Part shown: piece by piece, positions 12,460 to 22,802 of the stretch
Position numbering within the stretch: the first letter of the stretch is position 1
Layout of the letters: the number at the start of each line of letters is the position of its first letter
Assembly (NCBI GenBank): GCA_010909165.1
Contig: MU008173.1
Location: 930,001 to 994,000, forward strand
DNA length: 64,000 nucleotides
Direction of reading: 5' to 3'
Origin: Anthoceros angustus
Taxonomy: Eukaryota > Plantae > Anthocerotophyta
Notes under the pieces: generated by a model
Database searches by the model: none
Seen by the model: only the letters and a program-made list of their open reading frames with translations
Told to the model about the DNA's origin: nothing
Position numbers and translations under genes: made by a program

Positions 12460-13093
12460 AAGGCCAACCAACCAAGGGAGAAACAAGAGTATTTTACTCT
12501 TGGGCGCCGGATTTCAAGGGATAAGGGAGGAGAGGATAGCAATGACAAGGAGAGGAGTGAGGGCTCCACAAGGAGGGGATAAGGGAGGAGAGGATAGCAA
12601 TAACAAGGAGAGGAGTGAGGGGTCCATAAAGAGGGGATAAGGGAGAAGAGGATAGCAATAACAAGGAGAGGAGTGAGGGGTCCACAAAGAGGGGATAAGG
12701 GAGGAGAGGATAGCAATAACAAGGAGAGGAGTGAGGGGTCCACAAAGAGGGAATAAGGGAGGAGAGGATAGCAATAACAAGGAGAGGAGTGAGGGGTCCA
12801 CAAAGAGGGATAAGGGAAGAGGATAGCAATAACAAGGAGAGGAGTGAGGGGTCCACAAGAGGATAAGGGAGGAGAGGATAGCAATAACAAGGAGAGGAGT
12901 GAGGGGTCCACAAAGAGGGAATAAGGGAGGAGAGGATAGCAATAACAAGGAGAGGAGTGAGGGGTCCACAAAGAGGGGATAAGGGAGGAGAGGATAGCAA
13001 TAACAAGGAGAGGAGTGAGGGGTCCACAAGGGGGCCAAAAGGCCAACCAACCAAGGGAGAAACAAGAGTATTTTACTCTTGGGCGCCGGATTT
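12460..13093. repeat. 58-bp minisatellite (~9 copies) bracketed by a ~55-bp direct repeat
   Basis: Unit ataagggaggagaggatagcaataacaaggagaggagtgaggggtccacaaagagggg starts at 12521, 12579, 12637, 12695, 12753, 12810, 12863, 12921, 12979; flank aaggccaaccaaccaagggagaaacaagagtattttactcttgggcgccggattt at 12460 and 13039. Confidence 0.95.
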
Positions 13094-13194
13094 TAAGGGA
13101 TAGGGGAGGAAAGGACAGCAATGAGTATGTTACCAATTCATTATCCATTTGGTTTTTGCAATATGTTCAAAACTACCATTCAGCTTGCTAGCAT

Positions 13195-13331
13195 CCCATC
13201 CAAGTACTGATCCACCCAAAGGGTGCTTGACTACAGAATTCTTTGGCATAAGCTACGCAATTCACCCATTTCATCCATTTCATCTCATCCAAGTATTGAT
13301 CCACCCAAAGGGTGCTTGACTACAGAGTTCT
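13195..13331 (-). repeat. Two 5S rRNA internal-promoter-derived 48-bp cassettes
   Basis: cccatccaagtact-N16-gcttga-ctacagaattct matches the reverse complement of 5S AGAACTCCGCAG-TTAAGC-N16-AGTACTAGGATGGG with exact spacing. Confidence 0.75.
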
Positions 13332-16300
13332 TTGGCATAAGCTACCCAACTCACCCATTTCAACCCGCTTACCTACGGAGTTCTTTGGCATAAGCTACCC
13401 AACTCACCCATTTCAACCCCTTACTTTAAGACGGGACAAAAAAATATTTCTATGCAGCTTAGACACGCATAGATACTTAGAGGTTTCATTAATCACGATC
13501 TAAGCAAGTGGGCTGTGTTAACCTTAATTAAGGGTTTTGACTTAGCCACTAACCACCTGCAGTGCATGCCCGGACACACTCGATCGGGACGGAGCTACCA
13601 ACCAGCCAGTGCATTGGAGCGAATTCGAAGTCGCGACCAGGAGAGAGAAGTACGAACACCTCGATTTTGGTACCAGCAAACGACGCAGAGGAACCCAGCG
13701 ACTCAATCAACAAACTTTGAAGGATCTATGAGTGGCAACACAGAAGACACGTCGGAGCTGCCAGGGCAACTCAGCGGAAGCGACAACGAGGAGGACTTGT
13801 TTCTAGGAGTCGTCAAGATGGGAGGAGACAAGGATCGAATATAATGGAGTTGTTCATGGGACGAGCGGGCACCTTGCCACTAGAGGACTTCATCGAGAAG
13901 TACGGTGCGGTGAGTGCGGAGATGGAATTGAAGACCGGATACACGAAGCGATACGGCTTCATCCAAATGCCGAAGTACTTGGGGGATGAAGCATTGGCAT
14001 GCTATCAAGAGCACAAGGCGAGGTTGTTGAGCGGCACATTTGGAGGACCAGTAGTAGCACGAGTTCAAGGAACCAAAGGCATTTGAAAGTGGCACCAAGT
14101 TGGCACGATCCCATCGAAGGATGTTTAACATCTTCCGACTGGAGTTTCCTGCAAGCACGGATGAGAAGATCTCCGGTGACACACTTCAAGATGAAGTCGC
14201 GAGACCAAGATGGCTTATCAAGAATCGACCACCGGTACGCGACACCAAGATCATGAGTGACCGATCGCCGCAGAAGTACTTGCAGGCATTGCCATATGCG
14301 CTGTGCATGAAGGTGCAACAAGCAATGCACAGAACGAAGGGGCAACACTACACCCTCAAGGAAGTGTATGAGATGGCTGACAAGATAGGGCCGCTGACAC
14401 TTTCTCTCGTGTTGTTGCAAGTGATGACTCCAGCAGAAGTAGGAGTGGTGGACGACAAGATAGGGCCGCTGACACTTTCTCTCGTGTTGTTGCAAGTGAT
14501 GACTCCAGCAGAAGTAGGAGTGGTGGACGACATAATCCACGCGGAGGTCAGAGTAGAGGAGCTCGGCGAGACAAGCCAGCCCACACAGCCCAAGTGACAA
14601 GCCCCTGCATGAGGTGCCGAGGGGCGGACTATTCCCCTCATGAGTGTAAACATGCATTCGGAGGAGTCAAGGGTGAGGAGCCATGCCCTAGTTGTGGGAG
14701 GTACAGGCACAATGAAGCGGCATGATGGGAGAAGCATCCGAATTGCGCCTCACGAGTTATCGAAAGAAAGAACCCGCCAATGCATCTGCCAACCTCATCC
14801 AAAAATCAACGAAGAGCAAAGGCGTCGTGGAGGAGGCACCGGTGAAGTCCCGTGGACAGAAGAAACGGGAAGCATCAAAGAAGATGATGGACAGCTCCGT
14901 GGCACGCCTTGCAAAGCTGGAGAAGTTGGTGCGGAAGGCGAAGATCAAGGAGAGAAGCAGTTCATCATCGGAGGATGAAGAAGATGAGCACAAGCTTGGA
15001 TACATGGCGACAGTGACCAGATCCAAGGGTAAGGGGAAGAAACCTCTGGCAACTACGAGAGAAGATAGCTCAGAGGAAGAAGAGGACGTCTTGACACCTG
15101 CAGTGTGGAAGATACGAAAGGAAGCGTCGAGATCCTCTTCTCGAACCTATGCCAAGATGCCAAAGTCGTTTGAGCCATGGAGAAAAAACAGGTAGCAATG
15201 ATGTCATTGCTGACCTCCGAACCAAGCATCTCTATAGAGAAGCGGAATGCTGCACGAGTGGGGGTGGCTTTGGTCAACAATCGGGAGAGGTACATTGAAA
15301 CTAATGGATTCGCATCCAGGAGGGTGTTGATTGACACCAGAGCACAGCCGGTGATTGTTGGAAGAAGAGTGAAGGAAGCGTTGGGTCTCCACCAAGAAAG
15401 GTTGAAGGAAACCAAGTGGAAGATCTAGACCGCAGAACCACGAGCATGTCTTTGGGGTGACAAGGTACAAGTCAAGGTTTCATTCAAACCAAGAACAAAT
15501 TGACTTCACCTTTGTCGAGGTACATACTTGGTCACTAATGCGGACACATTTGATGTCTTGTTGGGAGCGGACGCTTTGTACAAACCTAGAGTCATGGTGG
15601 ATTTGTGGACGGAGATCTACTATTGACCAGCCGAGAAGCGGAATGCCGCACGAGTGGGGTGGCTTTGGTCAACAATCGGAGAGGTACATTGAAACTAATG
15701 GATTCGCATCCGGAGGAGGTGTTGATTGACACCGAGCACGGTGATTGTTGGAAGAAGAGTGAAGGAAGCGTTGGGTCTCCACCAAGAAAGGTTGAAGGAA
15801 ACCAAGTGGAAGATCTAGACCGCAGAACCACGAAATGTGTTGGGGTGACAAGGTACAAGTCAAGGTTTCATTCAAACCAAGAACAAATTGACTTCACCTT
15901 TGTCGAGGTACATTGGTCACTAATGCGGACATTTGATGTCTTGTTGGGAGCGGACGCTTTGTACAAACCTAGAGTCATGGTGGATTTGTGGACGGAGATC
16001 TACTATTGACCAGCCGAGAAGCCGAGCAAACCGATGAACGGATTGCTCGCATCCCTCTGCAGCTGTATGGCAAGGATCATGAGAACCTCATTGCCAACAG
16101 CGTCTACCCAGTGTTTAACGCTGTAGTGACGGACACGCCATACATGCTTGAACCTCTTAGGGTGTGTCTAATAACCGCAGCTGACCTAATGGAGGATTTC
16201 GACGAGGAGGAGGAAGACAAGCTAGGGTTGCAACCACCCTCAGCGGAGGTTCTTCAAGTCAACCAGACGGAGCTGGTGACTGCAGCAATGAGACGTGCAA

Positions 16301-16466
16301 AAGTTGTGGAGGATGGTGCAAGAGGACCAGTGTTCTATGAGGTGGAGAACTGCTGTAAGTTCTTGCCTAGGGTTGAGCCTGTTTGTGACCTGAACACCCA
16401 AGTGATTACATGGCGACCTAGGGAAGACGGCATAGTACTGGTGGAACTCTTTGGAGGCATCAGTAA

Positions 16467-18761
16467 CAGTGTTTCTCAGCATAGGGGTTTGTCTCCGAAC
16501 CCCATTTTGGCCCCAACCATCCAGAAATGCACATGTCTCATTTCACTGTTTTCAGTGATTTGCGAACCCACAGCCCATGCATCCGAGCCCAAAAGAAGAC
16601 CTAATGTGCCCACCGTCCGCACAAATGCCGGACACACCTTTGTACCAAGTGGCCGGATGACTGGCGCACTTATGCTCCAAAGAGCTGGAGTGCGCCGGAC
16701 GTCCGGCGCACTTATACTCCAAAGAGGTGCAATACACCGGGTTTGGAGAGGGTTGCGTCAATACTTGTGTAGGCAAACACTTTCGTTCAAGTTGCCTGTG
16801 CACACTTTGCCACCGCACCAACACTCACATCAATTCTCTTTTCAAACCCCGTGATTCAGAGCAATCCTGCAGCATACCTGCCCCGACCGCCCCTCCGTGT
16901 CGGAGATAAGCCGCACTTAGATCTCGCAGATTAGGCCTCGGGCAGAATTGGACAAGGTAAAGGATGGTGAGGCCTCCTCAACCGCTCTTGATCAAACTCT
17001 TCGTAGCTTACATTTCTTCTTGTCAAGTCCGCATCGCTTTCAACCTTAATCTATCCATGGGTGGCACATGGAGCAAGTCGATCTTAAATTCAAAATCTCC
17101 GGCGAAGCTTGGCTATAGTTGTCTCGAACACCTAGTCGCGCCACACCGTAGTGGGCGTCACGGTGGGTATAGACAAGTCCTCCTTCAGAGCCTCACTGAA
17201 ATACTCACCATTTGGTCAAAACCCCTGGCATCTTCTTCGACATCACCGGCTCTCACTAGGGCTCGCGGTGGCGAGATGCTCTTATACTTGTGTTCGACTA
17301 CATCAAGCGAGGCTTTCATTACTCAAGGACAAATCATCTATTCTATTTATTTTCTTGCTTCTCTGCAAAACATTGTGAAACATTGTCGTCTTCAAAAGGT
17401 TGGCCATTAGAAACCACCATCATACATGTCGAATTTTGGAAAATGTAGCTCATCTAGAAACCAAGGCCTATGCATCTATACGTGCATCAAACTCGAATGA
17501 GCCGGACATTTGGCGCACCAATCAAAGAGATCCAGCTGCAAGTCATCGGTAGGGGCACATAGAGTAAGGCCAAAAAGGTTTTACATGTTGTATACAAAGC
17601 GAATGTGGGAATATAACATCAACCAACAAATGATTTTCAAAAATAATATTCATGACTTTACGCCTAGATACCGGGATGATTTACAAATTTTTCAAACCAC
17701 TAAAAATCAACACTCCATCCTGGTATTGATCCACCTCTAGGTTGCTTAACAGTGGAGTTGTTACAAAGTTTTCAAAGCGCCAAAAACAAACACACCATCC
17801 TAGTACTAATCCGACCCAAGAGTGCTTAACCCTGGAGTTCTCAAAGCACCAAAAACAAGCACCCCATCTTGGTACTGATCCAACCTAGGGGTGCTTAACT
17901 ATGGAGTTCTTATGCCATGGAGACCCAAGAGTGCTTAACCCTGGAGTTCTCAAAGCATAAAAAACAAGCACCCCATCCTGGTACTAATCCAACCTAGGGG
18001 TGCTTAACTGTGGAGTTCTTATGCCATGGAGTCTATCTACACCTATCCCAAGCAAATGCATATAAAGATACAAACATTATATATACATTTGTGCCGGACG
18101 TCTGGCGCATCCACTCCACCATTTCCATCGCGCTGGACGCCCGCAAGATTGGGATCTCCAGAAAAGGCGCCGGACGTCCGGCGCAGGCTTTAGCAGACTC
18201 GCGCCAATGTGCCAAACATCCGGCGCATTGCTCCGACTCCTTCCTATGTTTTTCACTCTAACAATGAAGATCCCAAGGTTGTGTACTCACAGTGCACTAG
18301 ACGTCCAGCCCTACTTTCTAGAGTCATAGTTTGGTCCTCTCGAGATGGCCATGATCGCTATCGGTTAATGTTCTCTCACAATTCGGACGTCCGCGCTTCT
18401 TTTGGCTTGCGGTGCTACTTTTTGTTGGTTGCGCCGGACGTCCGTGATTTAACTCTTGGACTAGTTTGTTTGGTTTTGCCTCTGTTCACCACCTAGGAAG
18501 TACTATCGCTGCGAAGAGGTGTTTAGGATTTCTAGCACCTGTTAAAAATCCTTGAAATCCCTTCCTTGTAAAGGTGAAATCCGCGAACCTTCTTCGGCTT
18601 AAACCCTGTGAGCGTAAGTGTTTGCAAGAAAATAACATGGTCAATGACTTTTAGTACATGTTTAAAGAGTGGTTTTGCTAAAGATGATGCATTTTGGCCC
18701 ATTTTCGGGGGTCATTTTTTGGTCTTTAGGGACCCAAACCCCTTTAATGGAGAATAACCCC
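16467..18761. mobile_element. ~2.3 kb insertion, probable non-autonomous DNA transposon
   Basis: Interrupts the DNMT after motif I; left end cagtgtttctcagcataggggtttg versus reverse complement of right end gggttattctccattaaaggggtttg (imperfect TIR); repeated gcgccggacgtccggcgc palindromes; no clean TSD. Confidence 0.55.
17714..18019 (-). repeat. Tandem array of 5S-promoter-derived cassettes (4 full + 1 partial)
   Basis: Copies at 17714, 17794, 17863, 17972, e.g. accatcctagtact-aatccgacccaagagt-gcttaa-ccctggagttct. Confidence 0.8.
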
Positions 18762-19163
18762 TCCCGGAGGCCTGTCAGCTTGGGCAGTGCTGAAATGTGG
18801 CATCAAAGTACGAAGATACGTGCATTGTGACCCGGATCCAAAAGCAAGGATTGTCACAGAAGTGCGTGAGGGACTTGATGGGGGAGTACCCCAACCTGCT
18901 GACGTGGGAGTCAGTGAAGGATTACTAGAAGGCGCTGCCAATGGATGTTCGCATGATAGGGTTGTCCCATTTGAGTTGTCTTGGGCAACCAGCGGACCTT
19001 GTCATCGCAGGTTGGTAGTGTCAAGGACTCTCCTCTGCAGGCAAGGGTCAGGGTCTGAAGGACCCACAAATAACATTGTTCTATGACCTGATGAGGAAAG
19101 CAAGTCCAGGAGGACTTTGGCACGATCTGAGGAGTGTTGGGTCAGGAGCTACTATTGGATGCA

Positions 19164-22100
19164 GCTCAATTTGGTTCGAGGGCTTATAGGTTGAGGTCCA
19201 TGTGGACTAACCTTGCTCCCTTGGAACATTTGAAGTGTGCGAGGTCGTCACCAAGCGACCGATCATGTTGTCAAGGATGTGCTAGCATCGGGAAGGCATG
19301 CCCAGCAAGTGTTCAAGACTGATAAGCTACCGCACTTTCTTGTGAACACGCCTGGACATCCCATGGCGGCTTGGCCAACCTTTGTGTCCAAGTCCAAGTC
19401 TTACGCCTTCATGAACCATGGCCTTGACATTGTGGTGGACACACATAGTGAGGCCTTGGGAGAGCCAATAGCCATAGAGAGGGAGTTGACCATGGGATTT
19501 GTTGCCGGAGCCACGAAGAAATCTTGTATAGGACTCCTTCCCTTAGGCAATAGGGTGCGGCTTTATGGATAAAGACTGCGCGCCCTTCCCGGGATAAACC
19601 ACCAGGCATGGTTCCATGCTCCAAGAACTTGCGGACCTCGCCATTCAGCAAATATCTTGGGCACGGTCGACCCTCACGTTCAAGTCTCTTCCTTCCATTC
19701 ATACCACGCCGTTTCCGGCCGGATCGCTTATTGGCGATCCGACGTGGGAGTCGTTTGCGTAATCCACTTTCTCCCGGATGAGAAGATCCGGCGGTGTCTC
19801 GAGGTCGAAGAGGCTGCGCTTGTCACGGAGGCACTACATGCAGAAGAAGCCGGCGGCCACTATTCGGTACAGGTGACCGTGAAGAAGATCTTAAATGCAG
19901 GCTTCTGGTGGGCTACGATGCAAAAGGATGTGTGGGAATTTATTCGGAGGTGTGATGCGTGTCAGAGGGTTGGGCGGCCTATATTGTCGACACAATGGCC
20001 CCTCACCTATATACTACCGCTAGCACCGTTCGAAAAATGGGGAATCGATTTCGTGGGACCGATCAAGCCACCTACCCAGTGGACAAGGAAGCAGTACATT
20101 CTGGTGGCTACGGACTATTGTACGAAGATGGTGGAAGCAGAAGCGACCCCTGATGTCCAGATCCGGAAAGTTGATGAGGCGTGGGCAAATTATCTTGCTC
20201 GCGTCATTGCTAAGGGGAGGATTGAAGAAGGAGTGCTTCCTCTGCCTTCCGCTTCACGAAGGCAGATCGCTCCTGCCTTCCGTCTATAGTTTGAAACACC
20301 CCGCGCTCAGTTCATACTCCTCGCGCACGGTTCTAAAATCAAGCATGGTTGGTTTACATCTCAACCTCATTGTGGTGTGGGTGCATCTTTGGGGTTGTCG
20401 TGCTCGCAAAATCTGACAATGACATCCTGTATGGGCTGGTATATGGTGTTGTATTTAAAGTATACCATGATGAGAGAGGATCGTGATGGGCGAGGCATGG
20501 CATGCCACGCCGATTTTACGTGTGAAGCATTGATTGCCGGAGATTGAGACGCAGCATTATTTATAGGGAATGGATGGTACCCGGTGAGTATTGATCCATC
20601 ACGTGTGGGAGTTCCAATAATCACTCCTTGGAGGGAGGACGCTTTTGTGGTTCTTTGAGCCTTGGTCTTCGCTTGTATGGTGACATGCTGTAACCACTAC
20701 GATTTAATGACAAGGGAGATCTACATTGTAATAAGCAGCGAGAGAGAGATGGTACACAAGTAAGTGGAATTTTTGTAGGTCCACTTATTCAAGAAACAAA
20801 CACGTTGCGGGCAATTTGCAACTATGCCGAGTATCACTGGCTTGACGTCACGACTCGGTGATCATGAAAGGTCCTGAGGAAACGAAGAAAAAGCTTTGGC
20901 AGCGTTCAATATATTACGGTGGCGGTGGCGGGATCCGTGATCCGACTCGCGCAAACCCTATCACGGCCACGGCTCAATTTGGTTCGAGGGCTTATAGGTT
21001 GAGGTCCATGTGGACTAACCTTGCTCCCTTGGAACATTTGAAGTGTGCGAGGTCGTTCACCAAGCGACCTGATCATGTTGTCAAGGATGTGCTAGCATCG
21101 GGAAGGCATGCCCAGCAAGTGTTCAAGACTGATAAGCTACCGCACTTTCTTGTGAACACGCCTGGACATCCCATGGCGGCTTGGCCAACCTTTGTGTCCA
21201 AGTCCAAGTCTTACGCCTTCATGAACCATGGCCTTGACATTGTGGTGGACACACATAGTGAGGCCTTGGGAGAGCCAATAGCCATAGAGAGGGAGTTGAC
21301 CATGGGATTTGTTCTTGAGCCGAAGAAATCTTGTATAGGACTCCTTCCCTTAGGCAATAGGGTGCGGCTTTATGGATAAAGGCGCGCCTTCCCGGATAAA
21401 CCACCAGGCATGGTTCCATGCTCCAAGAACTTGCGGACCTCGCCATTCAGCAAATATCTTGGGCACGGTCGACCCTCACGTTCAAGTCTCTTCCTTCCAT
21501 TCATACCACGCCGTTTCCGGCCGGATCGCTTATTGGCAGTCCCGGACAGGGTCGTTTCGTTCGCCAATCCACTTTCTCCCGGATGAGAAGATCCGGCGGT
21601 GTCTCGAGGTCGAAGAGGCTGCGCTTGTCACGGAGGCACTACATGCGAAGCCGTGACTATTGATCAGTGACCGTGAAGAAGATCTTAAATGCAACGGTGA
21701 GCTACGATGCAAAAGGATGTGTGGGAATTTATTCGGAGGTGTGATGCGTGTCAGAGGGTTGGGCGGCCTATATTGTCGACACAATGGCCCCTCACCTATA
21801 TACTACCGCTTCTTGCCGTTCAAAATGGGGAATCGATTTCGTGGGACGATCAAGCCACCTACCCGGTGGACAAGGCGGTACATTACGGTGGCTCACGGAC
21901 TGTATGCGAAGATGGTGGAAGCGACCCACGATGTCCGGTCCGGAAAGTTGATGAGGCGTGGGCAAATTATCTTGCTCGCGTCATTGCTAAGGGGAGGATT
22001 GAAGAAGGAGTGCTTCCTCGCCTTCCGCTTCACGGCGGATCGCTCCCCGCCTTAGCCTATAGTTTGAAACACCCGCGCCGCTCATACTCCTCGCGCACGG

Positions 22101-22740
22101 TTCTAAAATCAAGCATGGTTGGTTTACATCTCAACCTCATTGTGGTGTGGGTGCGCATACTGGGGTTGTGCCGTGCTCGGCAAAATACGGCAATGACATC
22201 CCTGTATGGGCTGGTATATGGTGTTGTATTTAAAGTATACCATGATGAGAGAGGATCGTGATGGGCGAGGCATGGCATGCCACGCCAGATTTTACACGCG
22301 CGAAGCATTGATTGCTTCGGAGATTGAGACGCAGGCATTATTTATAGCTGGGAATGGATGGTACCCCAGCTGAGTATTGATCCATCCCACGTGTGGGAGT
22401 TCCAATAATCACTCCTTGGAGGGAGGACGCTTTTGTGGTTCTTTGAGCCTTGGTCTTCGCTTGTATGGTGACATGCTGTAACCACTACGATTTAATGACA
22501 AGGGAGATCTACATTGTAATAAGCAGCGAGAGAGAGATGGTACACAAGTAAGTGGAATTTTTGTAGGTCCACTTATTCAAGAAACAAACACGTTGCGGGC
22601 AATTTGCAACTATGCCGAGTATCAGCTTGACGTCGACTCGGTGATCATGAAAGGTCCCGAGAAGCGAAGAAAAGCTTTGGCGACCGTTCAATATTACCGG
22701 TGGCGGTGGCGGGATCCGTGATCCGACTACGCGCAAGCCG
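19164..22740. repeat. ~1.8 kb direct tandem duplication (19164-20971 / 20972-22740)
   Basis: Both copies start gctcaatttggttcgagggc and contain DNMT VIII-IX, integrase and the PPR upstream region; they differ mostly by 1-3 nt indels. Confidence 0.92.
19770..20150 (+). pseudogene. Retroviral-type integrase N-terminal zinc finger and start of catalytic core
   Basis: [13 protein letters not shown]...[25 protein letters not shown]...[13 protein letters not shown]...[17 protein letters not shown]. Confidence 0.92.
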
Positions 22741-22802
22741 GCGCTATCGGCCACGAATTTGGCGCTCGTCTTGGCAATCGATCGAGCTCATTCGCGGCCG
22801 CC

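Larger units (their letters stand above)
16430..19514 (+). pseudogene. C5 cytosine DNA methyltransferase domain within retrotransposon pol, split by an insertion
   Basis: Motif I IVLVELFGGIS (16432-16464), resuming GL..AVLKCGIKVRRYVHCD (18769-18830); motif IV DLVIAGW*CQGLSSAGKGQGLKDPQITLFYDLMR (18995-19096); motif VIII LDAAQFGSRAYRLRSMWTNL (19155-19214); motif IX EPIAIERELTMGF (19462-19500). Motifs VI and X not found. Confidence 0.85.
13566..20290 (+). mobile_element. Decayed Ty3/Gypsy-type retrotransposon: gag - aspartic protease - C5 DNA methyltransferase - integrase (RT/RNase H not seen)
   Basis: MPGHTRSGRSY start; twin degenerate zinc knuckles CMRCRGADYSPHEC (14606) and CPSCGRYRHNEAA* (14684); retropepsin RVLIDTRAQPVIVG...FDVLLGADAL (15320-15580, duplicated to 16010); DNMT motifs 16430-19514; integrase HHCC and core 19770-20150. 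Confidence 0.88.

Noticed and set aside
10140-13093. CRISPR-like look of short repeats (also 26575-26850 and 46250-46890)
   Set aside because: No unique spacers, no cas genes, eukaryotic context; these are satellites.
12018-13148. Long Leu/Pro/Ser-rich minus-strand ORFs
   Set aside because: Open in several frames only because the repeats lack stops on that strand.
13100-13566. LTR and primer-binding site of the DNMT element
   Set aside because: No paired LTR or clear tRNA-complementary PBS found; boundaries left undefined.
17714-18019. Functional 5S rRNA genes
   Set aside because: Only ~48 of ~120 nt match; 5' and 3' stems absent.
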